Shown one piece after another: positions 37,871 to 48,900 of a stretch of DNA of 62,939 nucleotides. The position numbers and the translations under genes were made by a program. The stretch spans positions 1 through 62,939 of the forward strand of contig KZ538546.1 in assembly GCA_000934665.2 (NCBI GenBank), read 5' to 3'. Each line of letters opens with the position of its first letter. The first letter of the stretch is position 1. The notes beneath the pieces were generated by a model. The model saw only the letters and a program-made list of their open reading frames with translations. It was not told where the DNA came from and ran no database searches. Source of the stretch: Catajapyx aquilonaris (taxonomy: Eukaryota).

Positions 37871-38116
37871 TAGTTTAATATAAAACTCTCCACCGGACCT
37901 GGAATTTGGCGCTGGTGCCGCCCCATAGGAATCTATCAGTGGCAGCCACCCAAATCCTAGTCTGCAAACGCCCTCCGAGGAAAGGACGGTTTGGGTTGGT
38001 TCCGAAGGCGGCCAACCCAAACCGACCCCCAGTAGATTCCTGGGGTGGGGTGGGGTGGGGAGGGGGCGCCGCTAGTGCCACATTCCCCGAATGGCGGAGA
38101 CTTTTATATTAAACTA
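37871..38116. mobile_element. MITE with TAG...CTA ends
   Basis: TAGTTTAATATAAAACTCTCCACC / GGCGGAGACTTTTATATTAAACTA, with a central palindrome CGGTTTGGGTTGG/CCAACCCAAACCG. No clear TSD. Confidence 0.7.
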
Positions 38117-38360
38117 CCATCAACACAGGGCTAAGCTGGAAGAGACAGGGGGCTGACGAAATCATAAAACTGTCCCATAACAGAGAACATTTCTGAGGGC
38201 CATAGGGCAGTTCAGTTAAGCTCATTTTAAACTTACTCGTACATTTGTTTATGATAATAATTTGGGTTACGATTTTAACAATCCTGTAGCCAACCTTCCT
38301 TGGTTAGATCCTGAATGTGCCATTCACTCTCATCATCTATTTCCACCCTAGTAGTCCTGA

Positions 38361-38508
38361 CAAGGGGGTAATCACTCGACTAAAAAGTGTACACTGGAGT
38401 ACCAAATTCAAGGAGTACCACGGAGTAATAAAGAGCGAGGTGCCTGAGGAGTACCAGGGAGTACCACTCCCAGGTGTACACCGGAGTACCGAAGTGATTA
38501 CCCCCTTG
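38361..38508. mobile_element. P/hAT-type MITE with perfect 8-bp TSD
   Basis: TIR CAAGGGGGTAATCACT/AGTGATTACCCCCTTG. TSD AGTCCTGA at 38353-38360 and 38509-38516. Internal GGAGTACC repeats. Confidence 0.9.
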
Positions 38509-38797
38509 AGTCCTGACATCCTGTTGAGGTGTTGCCACAACCATATATCACTTTTGCAAAAAGAACCACAAACTTGACTATTTTGTAATACTGATTTTAA
38601 GATAGAAACCAACCATGTTCACTGACTACATATATTGTTTTGCATCTACATGCTTGAGATATCAGAATTTCAAGTAACAATAATTTTAATACATGTCTTG
38701 ACTACAGCTGTCACAGCAGCCCTGGAACACTGTAACAAGAGAAGGGTTCAGTTTTGTGCCATACATATTGTACTACACATCTTACCTGCAATACATG

Positions 38798-41700
38798 CTA
38801 TTTCTTCAAAAGCTGATGGCGCAAAACAAGGAAAGGGATGGACAATCCACTACCAAAGAAGACGACAAAGAGGGCAGCCAGCCGATACCTGTTCTGTATC
38901 TGGAATGGCAAATTCTGTGGAGGAAAAGAATATTGCTAAGTTATAGACAATCCATATCACCTTTAGGTTCAAAAGCAGTTTCACAAGATGGCTGATAAAC
39001 CCTATTAATGCCTTTCAATCGCAATATTTTGTAACAAAGTGTGAGGGTAAATGAATGAGTTAACTTATCCTTTTAGAAAGCTAAATCTAATGAAAATGCT
39101 TCAAGTGGACTGTAAGACTGAAAGTTGGGAAGACAGAATGGTGCTGCAGTAATGTACTATGACAGTAATGACACACAAAGGATTGTTGCAATCGTATCAG
39201 TTTGGTGTTCGCGAGTTCTAGATTAGGCCTCCTCCCGCAAGGTGCGCTGCCAGTGTCAGCAGACGGAGTGGTGTCAATTAGAGTAGGCTACCAACATACA
39301 TGATTCGTTCATGTGACCTGGACAGAACCGTGTTGCATATAGTGATTGGCAGAGTGGTAAGGGCTGGGGAGGGGCGGATGAGGTTGTGCAAAGGTCTCCT
39401 CAGGCATTTTGTAGGATAAAGAAAAAATATGCCTCACACACACAGCCACCACAGATATTAACGCCCAGGGGTTTCGCTCAAGAAGTACTATGGGGCTCAA
39501 TTTGTTGTGGCCACTTTAACCCGATCTTGAAGCAACCCTTCGCACAGGCCCCATGGTGAGCAGGTGTGTGTGTGTGTGAAGGGTTGCTTCAAGACCAGGA
39601 TAAAGTGGCCACAACAAATTGAGCCCCATAGTACATATTAGGGACAACATCTACAGGCCACCTGTTCAGCAGAATGGCAGATACAAGACTGAAGTCAACA
39701 AACACTGCCCCTAACATCAAAAGCAGTCTGGCAACCTGGGCAACACACAACAGCCGGGGTGCCAGGTCGCTACACTCCTCCCCCCTTAAAACAAAACAAG
39801 ACGCTTCACGTTCCAACAATGCTCCTCTTCTAGCTTGGACTTCTTCCTTTTTTCCCCCAGTTCATCCTGCTCAAATCTGTCCCTCTCCAGCTGGACTTAT
39901 TTCCAAGGTCACGCTTCATGTCCTCCCACAGCTTGTCACCAGTATCTGCTTGGCCACCAAACTCCTCCAGTACAACGTCTGCTTCCCCATCAGACTTTTC
40001 AAATACACTGTCTGCTTGACCACTAGACTCCACACGCACATCGTCTTCTTGCACTTGGGCCTCTTCTCACCCCTCGACTTGGTCCAGCGTCTCGACACCC
40101 TCTCTACGGACATTCACCTTGTCTTTGACCTATGTGTTCCACTGACTACCTCCACCACGGTGACAGCTCTTGGGATGATTCTGTACTGGCCTCTGAAGTG
40201 TCATTGCTTTCATCCAGACCTCCTGTCTCTGGCTTTAGGATCTGTCTGCCTCCTGGCTCTCTGCATCATGGCCAGCATCCCCCAGTACCTCTCCCTATGC
40301 TTTTTTCCAGCCCATCGATGGTACGGAGCAATCCCATGGTGCCCTCTGCCTGGCACTCCTCGGCCCCCATCTGCTCTCGGCACATCAAATCACCCCTCCC
40401 CAGGAGGGTCTCTGCAGCTCTCTTACAGCTAAGAGTGACATATTCCTCGCTGCTGTCATATTCTGCCCAACACATGTCTGTCTGCCCCCCCGATGGTATC
40501 TCCACCTTATCGTGGTGGTGGGGTTTGCGTTTCTGCTGTGACCCCAAGAGTTATGCCGGTGGTAGCTTCGTCTTCTGGCAGGGCCACCCAAGCCGGACAG
40601 GTCTTTGGGATAGGAGACCAGTCTTTCCTCTCTTCTTTTTCCTCTTCGTTTCTCTCTCCATCCCACCTTCGCATCTTCCTACAGTCAGATAGCCACAGTT
40701 GCTTTGGCTTCTTCCTAATAAACCAAACCAAACCATGTCTGTCTGCCATGACTTCTCCTGGCAGAATGTGGGCAGACACACTCTGCTCGCCACTCTGTTA
40801 ACCCTGGAACTGTGCCATGGGGTCTTTTTGGACCCCAAGGAAAAAAATGCATTAAAATGATAATTACAATGAACTTTTGCCATTTTTTTTTACAGTATTT
40901 TACAGTACAGGACGTGCAGGTTTATTTTGAATTAGCAATCATTTTAGGCATTGTTCAAAGAATGATTGTATAATTATAGTCCATACATTGAAAAGTATTA
41001 TATAATAATTAATAAAAATTAAAATATGGTGGGGTCTGAAAAGACCCCACGGCACGGTTGCCGTAATACTCGTAGGCACGGCACGGTTCCAGGGTTAAGT
41101 CCAATGGCTGACGTGCCTGTGCATAAACTGCAAGATAGTGCTTGCCTGTCCTATAAGTACCAGAAGGTTCAAAATACCAGCTCGTGCTCGTCTTTACCCT
41201 GTCCGTTGAATGGTGTCGAAACAGTAGCACCGCAAAAACTTATTTTCCAAGTGACCCTCGTAAGGAGGTAGGGAAAGAAGAAGAATTATGCTGCGTTGTT
41301 TACCAGTTTGAAAAGAACAAAGTGATCTGTGTCAATCAACGATGAGGGTAATATTAACTCGTAGTGATTGTTGATGAGGGTAAATGCTGGGGTAAATGTC
41401 TTTCCCTACTCTATCACCCTCATCTTTGACCTGGTGACTTGGGTAGTACACAGCAGCTTGTGTAAACTACACATAAACAGTGTGCAGCATTTAGAGCCTA
41501 TGCAGTGTGCAGAGACCTTTATTCACGCGAGGCACTGTTATCGTCATTCTGACATTGGTCCAAGTCGTGGGTTGAACCTACTGGGGATGCGCAGCAAACA
41601 TGCACCAATTCTGGGCAAATTTTGATAACAAAAAGGACCTGGATACTTGGAACACACCATATGCAGGCTGTAACAAAAGTCAGTTCAGAACTCTTATCAG

Positions 41701-41977
41701 TGCAAGCCCATTTACACTCCTCATTCAAGTTTACACCCCACGGATAAGGTGGATTGTCAGCAACCCTCCTTTACAAGCACACGGAATGTTGTCTGTTAAC
41801 ATTGCTTAAGCTTATGTGAGCATAGCTTATCTGGAAGCCAAAGCAACTGGGGCCATGATGCATGGGGGGAGAGGAGTCAATACTAACCCCTCCAGGAACG
41901 CCTCCGTCGTGCCCACGACGGTACGCCGAAGTGAAAATATTGCGAGTAGCTACAGCCGTCCTACCGATCAGCGACAT
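38798..41977 (-). CDS. COX7C: Cytochrome c oxidase subunit 7C, mitochondrial (68 aa)
   Basis: Exon 41977-41888 encodes MSLIGRTAVATRNIFTSAYRRGHDGGVPGG, followed by donor GTTAGT. Exon 38914-38798 follows CAG and encodes NLPFQIQNRYRLAALFVVFFGSGLSIPFLVLRHQLLKK*. The GGVPGxNLPF and PFLxxRHQLLKK motifs are characteristic of COX7C. There is a 3'UTR intron at 38785-38730 and ATTAAA near 38690. Confidence 0.95.
39410..39774 (-). mobile_element. 3' LTR of a degenerate Ty3/gypsy-like element
   Basis: TGTAG...CTACA ends, preceded on the minus strand by a polypurine tract AAGGGGGGAGGAG at about 39775-39788. Decayed internal sequence extends toward about 41500. No 5' LTR was found. Confidence 0.6.
39488..39631. 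mobile_element. TA-flanked MITE inserted in the LTR
   Basis: About 54-bp arms CTATGGGGCTCAATTTGTTGTGGCCACTTTA... / ...TAAAGTGGCCACAACAAATTGAGCCCCATAG. Confidence 0.85.
40487..40733 (+). mobile_element. Short non-autonomous retroelement with RTE-5'UTR-like head and (CAAAC)n tail
   Basis: 14-bp TSD CATGTCTGTCTGCC at 40473-40486 and 40734-40747. No A/B boxes. The head reads CCACCTTATCGTGGTGG...AGGGCCACCCAAGCCGGACAGGTC. Confidence 0.8.
40802..41094. mobile_element. piggyBac-type MITE
   Basis: TTAA|CCCTGGAACTGTGCC...GGCACGGTTCCAGGG|TTAA, with subterminal GGGGTC..GACCCC palindromes. Confidence 0.9.
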
Positions 41978-42957
41978 TTTGCTTGCGGAAGGGGACGGTC
42001 GAAAGTGCGGAGGCGATGTAGTAGATCTAGTGCCTAGTGGATAGTCGTAGATTGATAGAACGATTAGAACCAGATGGGACGAAGGAGGAGCAACACCTTA
42101 CACCTGCAACAGGAGTAATATATACAAGCCACCCTAGGTCTCACATTTTGTATATGGCATATTGTATGTTACGCCCGGTTACACCCCTCGCCACTAGATG
42201 TCTCTAGCGTAGACAATACTAAATTAGCTTGCTAAAAGCGCTCGTTTGGATAGGTGTTGGGAGGCGGAACTTGCTCATAATCATATGAATTCTAGCCATA
42301 ACATTTGCTATGTCGGCCGGTAGATGGCCAAGTGCTGCAATGACCTTTCCTGCTACTTGTTCCTTGTTGTACCCAAGTTGTACCAGAGATCTTACCTGTA
42401 CAGTACGGAGTTTTATGGTCTAATTTGCTTACTTTAATTACTGGGTACCGTATAAATAAAAGTGGTCTGAATTCTGAACATGGCCGTTTCAATGAGCAGC
42501 ATAGTGTAGTGTCCGTTCGTGGTAAGGTCTATGGGGCTACAAATGTAGTCTTCCCTCGTCTAGCTAGGAGACAGTAAACACTACGCTGCTTCAGCACATG
42601 CTTCAGTATGACTTCAGTCAGCGTGAAAGTGGCAACAGGGGAATAACCTGAACACATCGATATTTAGATATATCAATGACATACAAATGTATCGATGTTG
42701 TATATTTTGACAATCAGGTCCGTACCAATATTTACACTGTAGAGAGGAGATAAGTGTATCTGATCAATCTAAAATTAATGGAAAATTCCGGTATGATATT
42801 GTCATTTTATCAGCCTGAGTACTTTATCGATATTGGAGATATATCGATTGTAACATTTTAATAATATCGATATTCTGATCCGATATTACCAGGGCTAGTT
42901 GGCATTCTCGCCATTGAGTTTAGGTTGGCATTTCAGAAGTTGGCAGTACTGATCAAA
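41978..42957. promoter_or_regulatory. Bidirectional promoter region of COX7C and MCCC2
   Basis: Divergent ATGs about 980 bp apart. TATCGATA (DRE) at 42825-42832 and 42865-42872, plus near-matches. Confidence 0.7.
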
Positions 42958-45900
42958 ATGTTGGCCTTGTTGCGAAGCTCGACTGCGTTGTTTTCCAGTA
43001 CAAGTGCCCGCCTAATCCGCAGGGAATGTCTCCAAAAGTTTTATTTCACCGATGGTACCACATCTGTCATAGGCACAGAACCAGAAAAGGACTCTACCAG
43101 TTATCGGGTGGGTAAAGCATATTTTAGAATTTAAACATTTTAAACAATGGTCATGTGTATCATGGGCACACTTATTCAGATGTTGTTTGATGTGGCACTA
43201 ATTTGAGGGAAAAGTGAAGTTACAAAGCAGTAGGTCAGTCACCTGGAGCTACACCATCATGTAGGCCTACAGTATCAGTCATCAGGACATTCCACATACA
43301 TTATAGATACCCATGCAATATATCTTAACGGCAACAGGGGAAGATATGAAAGGCAGGTGTACATTCAAAGCTTGCAATATTTTGTACAGATAACAGCAGT
43401 GTCTTACTTGCTGATTTATATCGTGTGATGAACCGAGTGCCAGTGCTACATTTTAAGTATTGATGGCCTCAACTCAATAAAATGTGTTCCTGTTATGGTT
43501 CCTTTCCATTGTATCATGATTTTGAATTAACGCCACATTTTCCTAAAATGATATCGAGATGTTATATGTTCGTGATGTGTTACGAGAAGTTATAATTCTC
43601 CTCATTTGCTTTATTGTAGGAGAATTACCAGCAGATGCAAGAGTTAGTGACAGAGTTGAAATCAGTGGTAGGACATATTGTCAAGGGTGGTGGTGACAAA
43701 GCCATTAAACGCCACACCTCCAAAGGAAAACTTCTGGTACGTGAAAGAATTAATTTGTTGCTGGATCCTGGATCACCATTCCTGGAACTGTCACAACTAG
43801 CTGCCTATAACCTATATGGAAGTGAGGAAGTGCCTGCTGGTGGAATCATTACTGGAATTGGGCGAGTATGTGGGTAAGTGTTGAACATGCAGTTCTGGGT
43901 TATGTTGGTCAATCTAGCAAAGGTTGGATATGTTTGCAAGCAAACAGTTCCAAGCTGATTTAGAGATTTCAAGCCTACTTTAATTGCTTTTAAGGACCAC
44001 TTCATGGCTGCATGTTAGATTTTTACCAACATCTCGACAGTAGTTTCAGTTTTTCTTGTTCATTATTTGTCCACTCTGGACTTTTCCAAGAAATGCTCTA
44101 CAACATTCAGGAAGCCATTAACAATAGTAGCACCAGGTCCATGCTCTGTTGCTACTGAGGAATTTCAGTACCTGCCTCTGTGACGAAGTTGCATGGTAAC
44201 AGGATTTTGGACTAAATGACAACCTTCTGAGTATCTGACAAACTGGTAAATATACAGGGTGTTCCGCTTAGAGGTATAATAAAAGAAAAATTCATAACTT
44301 ACAAAGAACTAGTTGAAGTGACGGAAGCTGTGTGCCAGTTTAAATAACAGATCTGAATTTTTTTTTAAATGTCTAATACACTTCTACATGAACTCCACTG
44401 GTAGCGCAGAAAAGGTCAAACCGGACGTCTGCCTCAACCCATGCATTGAGAAGCATTTTGGGGTGTTATGTTTTTAATTGCAGCGCAACTTATGTTGTGC
44501 AAGTCTGCCAAATTATGCACCTGTGTAGCCTACGCCTGTCTTTAACAAACCTCAACAGGAAAAAGTTAGGTAGAGTTCGGTTTGGTCATTTGGGGGACCA
44601 TGAAATGAACGTTGACCGTCTCCCAATACATCCTGCAATGGTCATCCCAGAATGTGCCGACATCATTGGCAAAGTGAGGTGGGGCCCCATCTTATTGAAA
44701 ATTGTTCCTTGAGGTTATCTGAAGCATAGCGAATTTCTGTAACATGCCCAAGCATGTAAGTCCAGTTACCATGGTCTCCGAAAAAAAAAAAAAAAATAGG
44801 GACCTGTGATTTTGCTCTTCATGACCTCACACCAATCATTGCATTTAGGAGAATCCTGTTTGTATTAATGAAGTGTATTAGTATATTGAGTGTATTAGAT
44901 ATGTAGAAATATATTGAAATCTGCTCTTTAAAGGGACACTCCACTCAAAATACAAGTTGGGTTCTTAAAATCTTGCAAAAAATCCTGATTCCGAGGGTAT
45001 AAGCAGTTTTTCTTAGAGACGAACGGTAAGGCCAGTGTGAAAGCTGGAAGTGTGTCGTTCGAAAACCGCGCGCGGGGCGGTGGGCAACGCCACCAGAGTG
45101 GAACCGGGCGGAACTAGAGAAAGTAATGGCGCGGCCAGGGTCCCCTACATGGTTGCCTCCCCCACCCTAACTCTCTAACTGTCTAACTGTCTAGGTGGGG
45201 GAGGCACTCATGTAGGTGACCCTGGGCACGTCTCCTTCCCTACTTCTCCGGTTTGCCGCGAGATGCTGTTGTATCGCCCTTCTTAGCAGACGACGTGTGT
45301 AGATATATTATTTTCCGTGTTACCGTTGGGCGTAGGAAAAAACCGATTGCACATTCGGAATGAGGATTTTTTGCCCGATTTTTGGGGGCCAACTTGTATT
45401 TTGAGTGGAGTGTCCCTTTAAACTGTCATACACCTTCTGTCTTTACAACTAGTAGCCTACTTTGTAAGTTATGAATTTTTCTTTTATTATACCTCTAAGC
45501 GGAACACCCTGTATGATTGTAAGCTGTCTCTGATTACCGGTAAATTTTTGTATCTGTGGATAAACTTCCTTTGTTTATGGATTTTTGTGTCACCGGTCAC
45601 CAACTCTCTAAACCCAGGTTATGTCCCTATTATTGGAACAGCAATAATCAAGAAAGAGAAAGAGATAATAATAGAAAACATATGTAGAATCGAATTTTCT
45701 CCCAAATCAGTTCTAGCCCACAGCAGTTGTGAATAATTGGTTATTCCAAATGCTGGTTTTGACATTTTGTCCACAGAGTTTGACATGAGTGTTAGATTTA
45801 GCCTGGTGGGTGTGATAGAGTGGGGTGGGTGGGGGGGGGGGGGGTCAGGGGCGTGACAATGGGTGGGCCACACTTACTGAACTCTAATACAGGCAGAAAT

Positions 45901-48900
45901 AAATGAGTCTGAAATAGCATTATACAAGCTTTCCAGTTGTAGTACTGTAATGCTTTTTGGATTTAACAAGGATGAAGCTTCCTTCGCCCCTAATGGGTGG
46001 TGTAACACAATGGCCTATATATATGTAAAGGGAGTTAGGACAATGTATGGACTATTTTTTTGCACCAATATTCCCAGTGCAAAATTCTTTGTGGTTTGGG
46101 GAGATGAAGTGGCGCCGCGGTAACGCGCGCGCCCACGGATATTAAGGTCCCGGGTTCAATCCCCACCCGGGGTTCCCACCTTTATCCGTGCAGAGTTGGG
46201 CCATCTCTGGCTTCATTTCGGGTGGCAAATTCCGGCAGACTAAGCCACCCGGGGGAGTTCACAAAATGACGATTAGAGACATTGCACTTGCACTTTGCAC
46301 ATCCCCTCCCACCCACCCTTGGAGCATACTAATTAAGATTCTTCTTCAACTTGCTCCAAAACAAATTCCAAAGGTGGCAACCCACCCCCCCTAAGGAGTA
46401 GTATAACTCCCCCCGTGGGGTAATGAAAAAAAAAAATCTTTGTGGCTATTAGTAAATGTAAAATACAGTTATCAAATTTTCATTTATGAGATTTTATGAT
46501 CTTGCCAAGATTACACAAGCTTATGAGCAGAAAGTGGATATGAGCCGGTAGCCTGGATTCTTCTGCATGTTTTCACCATTTAGAAGGCCTGTTTGACCAT
46601 CAAGTAGAGTAGAGGATCTCAAAAAACATTCATGAAAGGCACTGAAATTACTGTGATAGTGCTAATTAGCATCTTCTAATCATGAGGATTTCTTTTATAG
46701 CCTACTCATCTATATTTTCTTTACAGCTTGGAGTGCATGATTGTGGCGAATGATGCAACTGTTAAAGGGGGTTCATATTATCCTATTACTGTGAAAAAGC
46801 ATCTACGGGCACAAGAAGTCGCTCTAGAAAACCGCTTGCCTTGCATATACCTGGTGGATTCAGGTGGGGCCAACTTGCCACGACAGGCAGAGGTTTTCCC
46901 GGATCGAGAACATTTTGGAAAGATATTTTATAATCAGGCCAACATGAGCTCTCTTGGAATTCCACAGGTGAGTTTGTCACTGAATGGTAGTGTGCTCCAG
47001 AATTAATTTTTTGCATGATACCCTGTAGGTGGCAGTAGTGCTTGGGAGCTGTACTGCTGGAGGGGCATATGTACCAAGCATGGCAGATGAGAGTATCATA
47101 GTTCGGAAGCAAGGAACAATATTCCTGGGTGGTCCGCCATTGGTGAAAGCAGCCACTGGGGAGGAGATATCTGCTGAAGAATTGGGAGGGGCTGATCTCC
47201 ATTGTGGGTGAGGATATGCCCATTTCAGTGCATCTTCTGTTTGTTCTATCTTCAGCCTTACCTGCACCTTGCAGCAAGTCGGGCGTGACTGATCACTATG
47301 CTGTGGATGACCATCATGCATTGCATTTGGCTCGCCGAGTGGTGAGCACATTGAATCTACAAAAGATTCCTCAAGTCACTACCAGTGATCCTGAGGACCC
47401 TCTGCACCCACCAGAAGAGCTATATGGGATTGTGGGTAGCAATCTGAAGAAGGCATTTGATGTTCGAGAGGTGAGTAGAGTGTTGTAATAAAAAAGCAAA
47501 AATTCTGACTCCACAAACCTTGATTTTTCTGGTGTTTTGGGAAAAATTATTTTACTGCGAATGGTCAAAGTTTTCAGAAACTATTTGGTTTTTTTATGCT
47601 CATTATCAAGCTACTACTTACTTTGTCTGTAGCAATTAATGTAACTTGTCACACACAAGTCAAATTAATTGCTACAGACAAAGTAAGCAGACCCTTATCA
47701 CCCTCTAGCTGAGACACAATTGGTGCCATTTCTTCAAATTACTCACCAATCATTACTTTCAGGTGATTGCTCGAATAGTGGATGCATCTAAATTCGATGA
47801 ATTCAAGAGCAAGTACGGTGAAACTTTAGTTACAGGATTTGCACGGCTTTACGGTTATCCTGTTGGCATTATTGGAAATAATGGGGTTCTCTTTTCCGAA
47901 TCAGCTCTAAAGGTGAGTTTTGTGAATATATTGTGTATTTGCACCCTCCAACACAGTTTTGGATTGCAGGGAACACACTTCATCCAGCTCTGTGCACAGC
48001 GAAAAATACCTTTATTATTCTTGCAAAACATCACAGGTATGACTATGTTATGTGTATGTTGCTACAATGGTACCTGTCTCTAACTGCACATATCCCTCTT
48101 GGCAGGTTTCATGGTTGGTCGTGATGCAGAAGCAGGTGGGATAGCAAAAAATGGAGCAAAAATGGTTACCGCCGTTGCCTGTGCCAAAGTGCCTAAGTTG
48201 ACTCTGATCATTGGAGGGTCTTATGGAGCTGGAAATTATGGCATGTGTGGTCGTGCTTATAGGTGAGGCCACTTTTGAATTGCGCGTAATACGGAAATTT
48301 TCCAGTCCAGGTCAAAAGTCAGCTTTTGTGAACAATGTGGAAATATGCATGTGGTACATGCGTTGAGTTGTAAATCATTGCACATATTTTTTAAATTCGC
48401 AAACTGTAGCATGTACAGAGATTACCTTTACGACCTTTAGAAAGTCCGACGAGTACAATTTGATATGGTATATAGATGGGGCACAGATTGCAAAGGGGGC
48501 CAGTAAACAAAAGCAGATCTTAACCCCACCACCACCACCACATAGCCTGAGCCTGATGCGCTTCGAGTGGCAGTGTTCCTTCATCAAAGTCCAGGTCATT
48601 CTCGGTTATGGTGCCGTTGCCATTATCTATGAGCAGTTGGTGAGAGCTGTAGGTGTCATCAGCACTCTACAACTACGCACAGTCCAACACTGGGCCAACG
48701 CTTTCAGCGGAGGGCAAGAGGATAGACTCTTCAACCAGTCCCGATCCAGTAGACAGCATCATTTCATCACTGGAACTGTTGAATGTTGCAGGACACTTGT
48801 GATAATATACAACATAGGAGCTTGCTTTCGAGTGTGGGACAATTCGGAGCACAATGCTTAGGACTCTGAAAGATATGCAACGTTTAATGGCTCCGGAGAT

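Noticed and set aside
39674..40432. 252-aa ORF, the longest in the track
   Set aside because: It lies antisense over decayed LTR-element sequence and has no motif.
41680..41730. Possible C/D snoRNA in the COX7C intron (ATGAGGA...CTGA on minus)
   Set aside because: Only about 45 nt, with an imperfect C box, no terminal stem and no identifiable guide.
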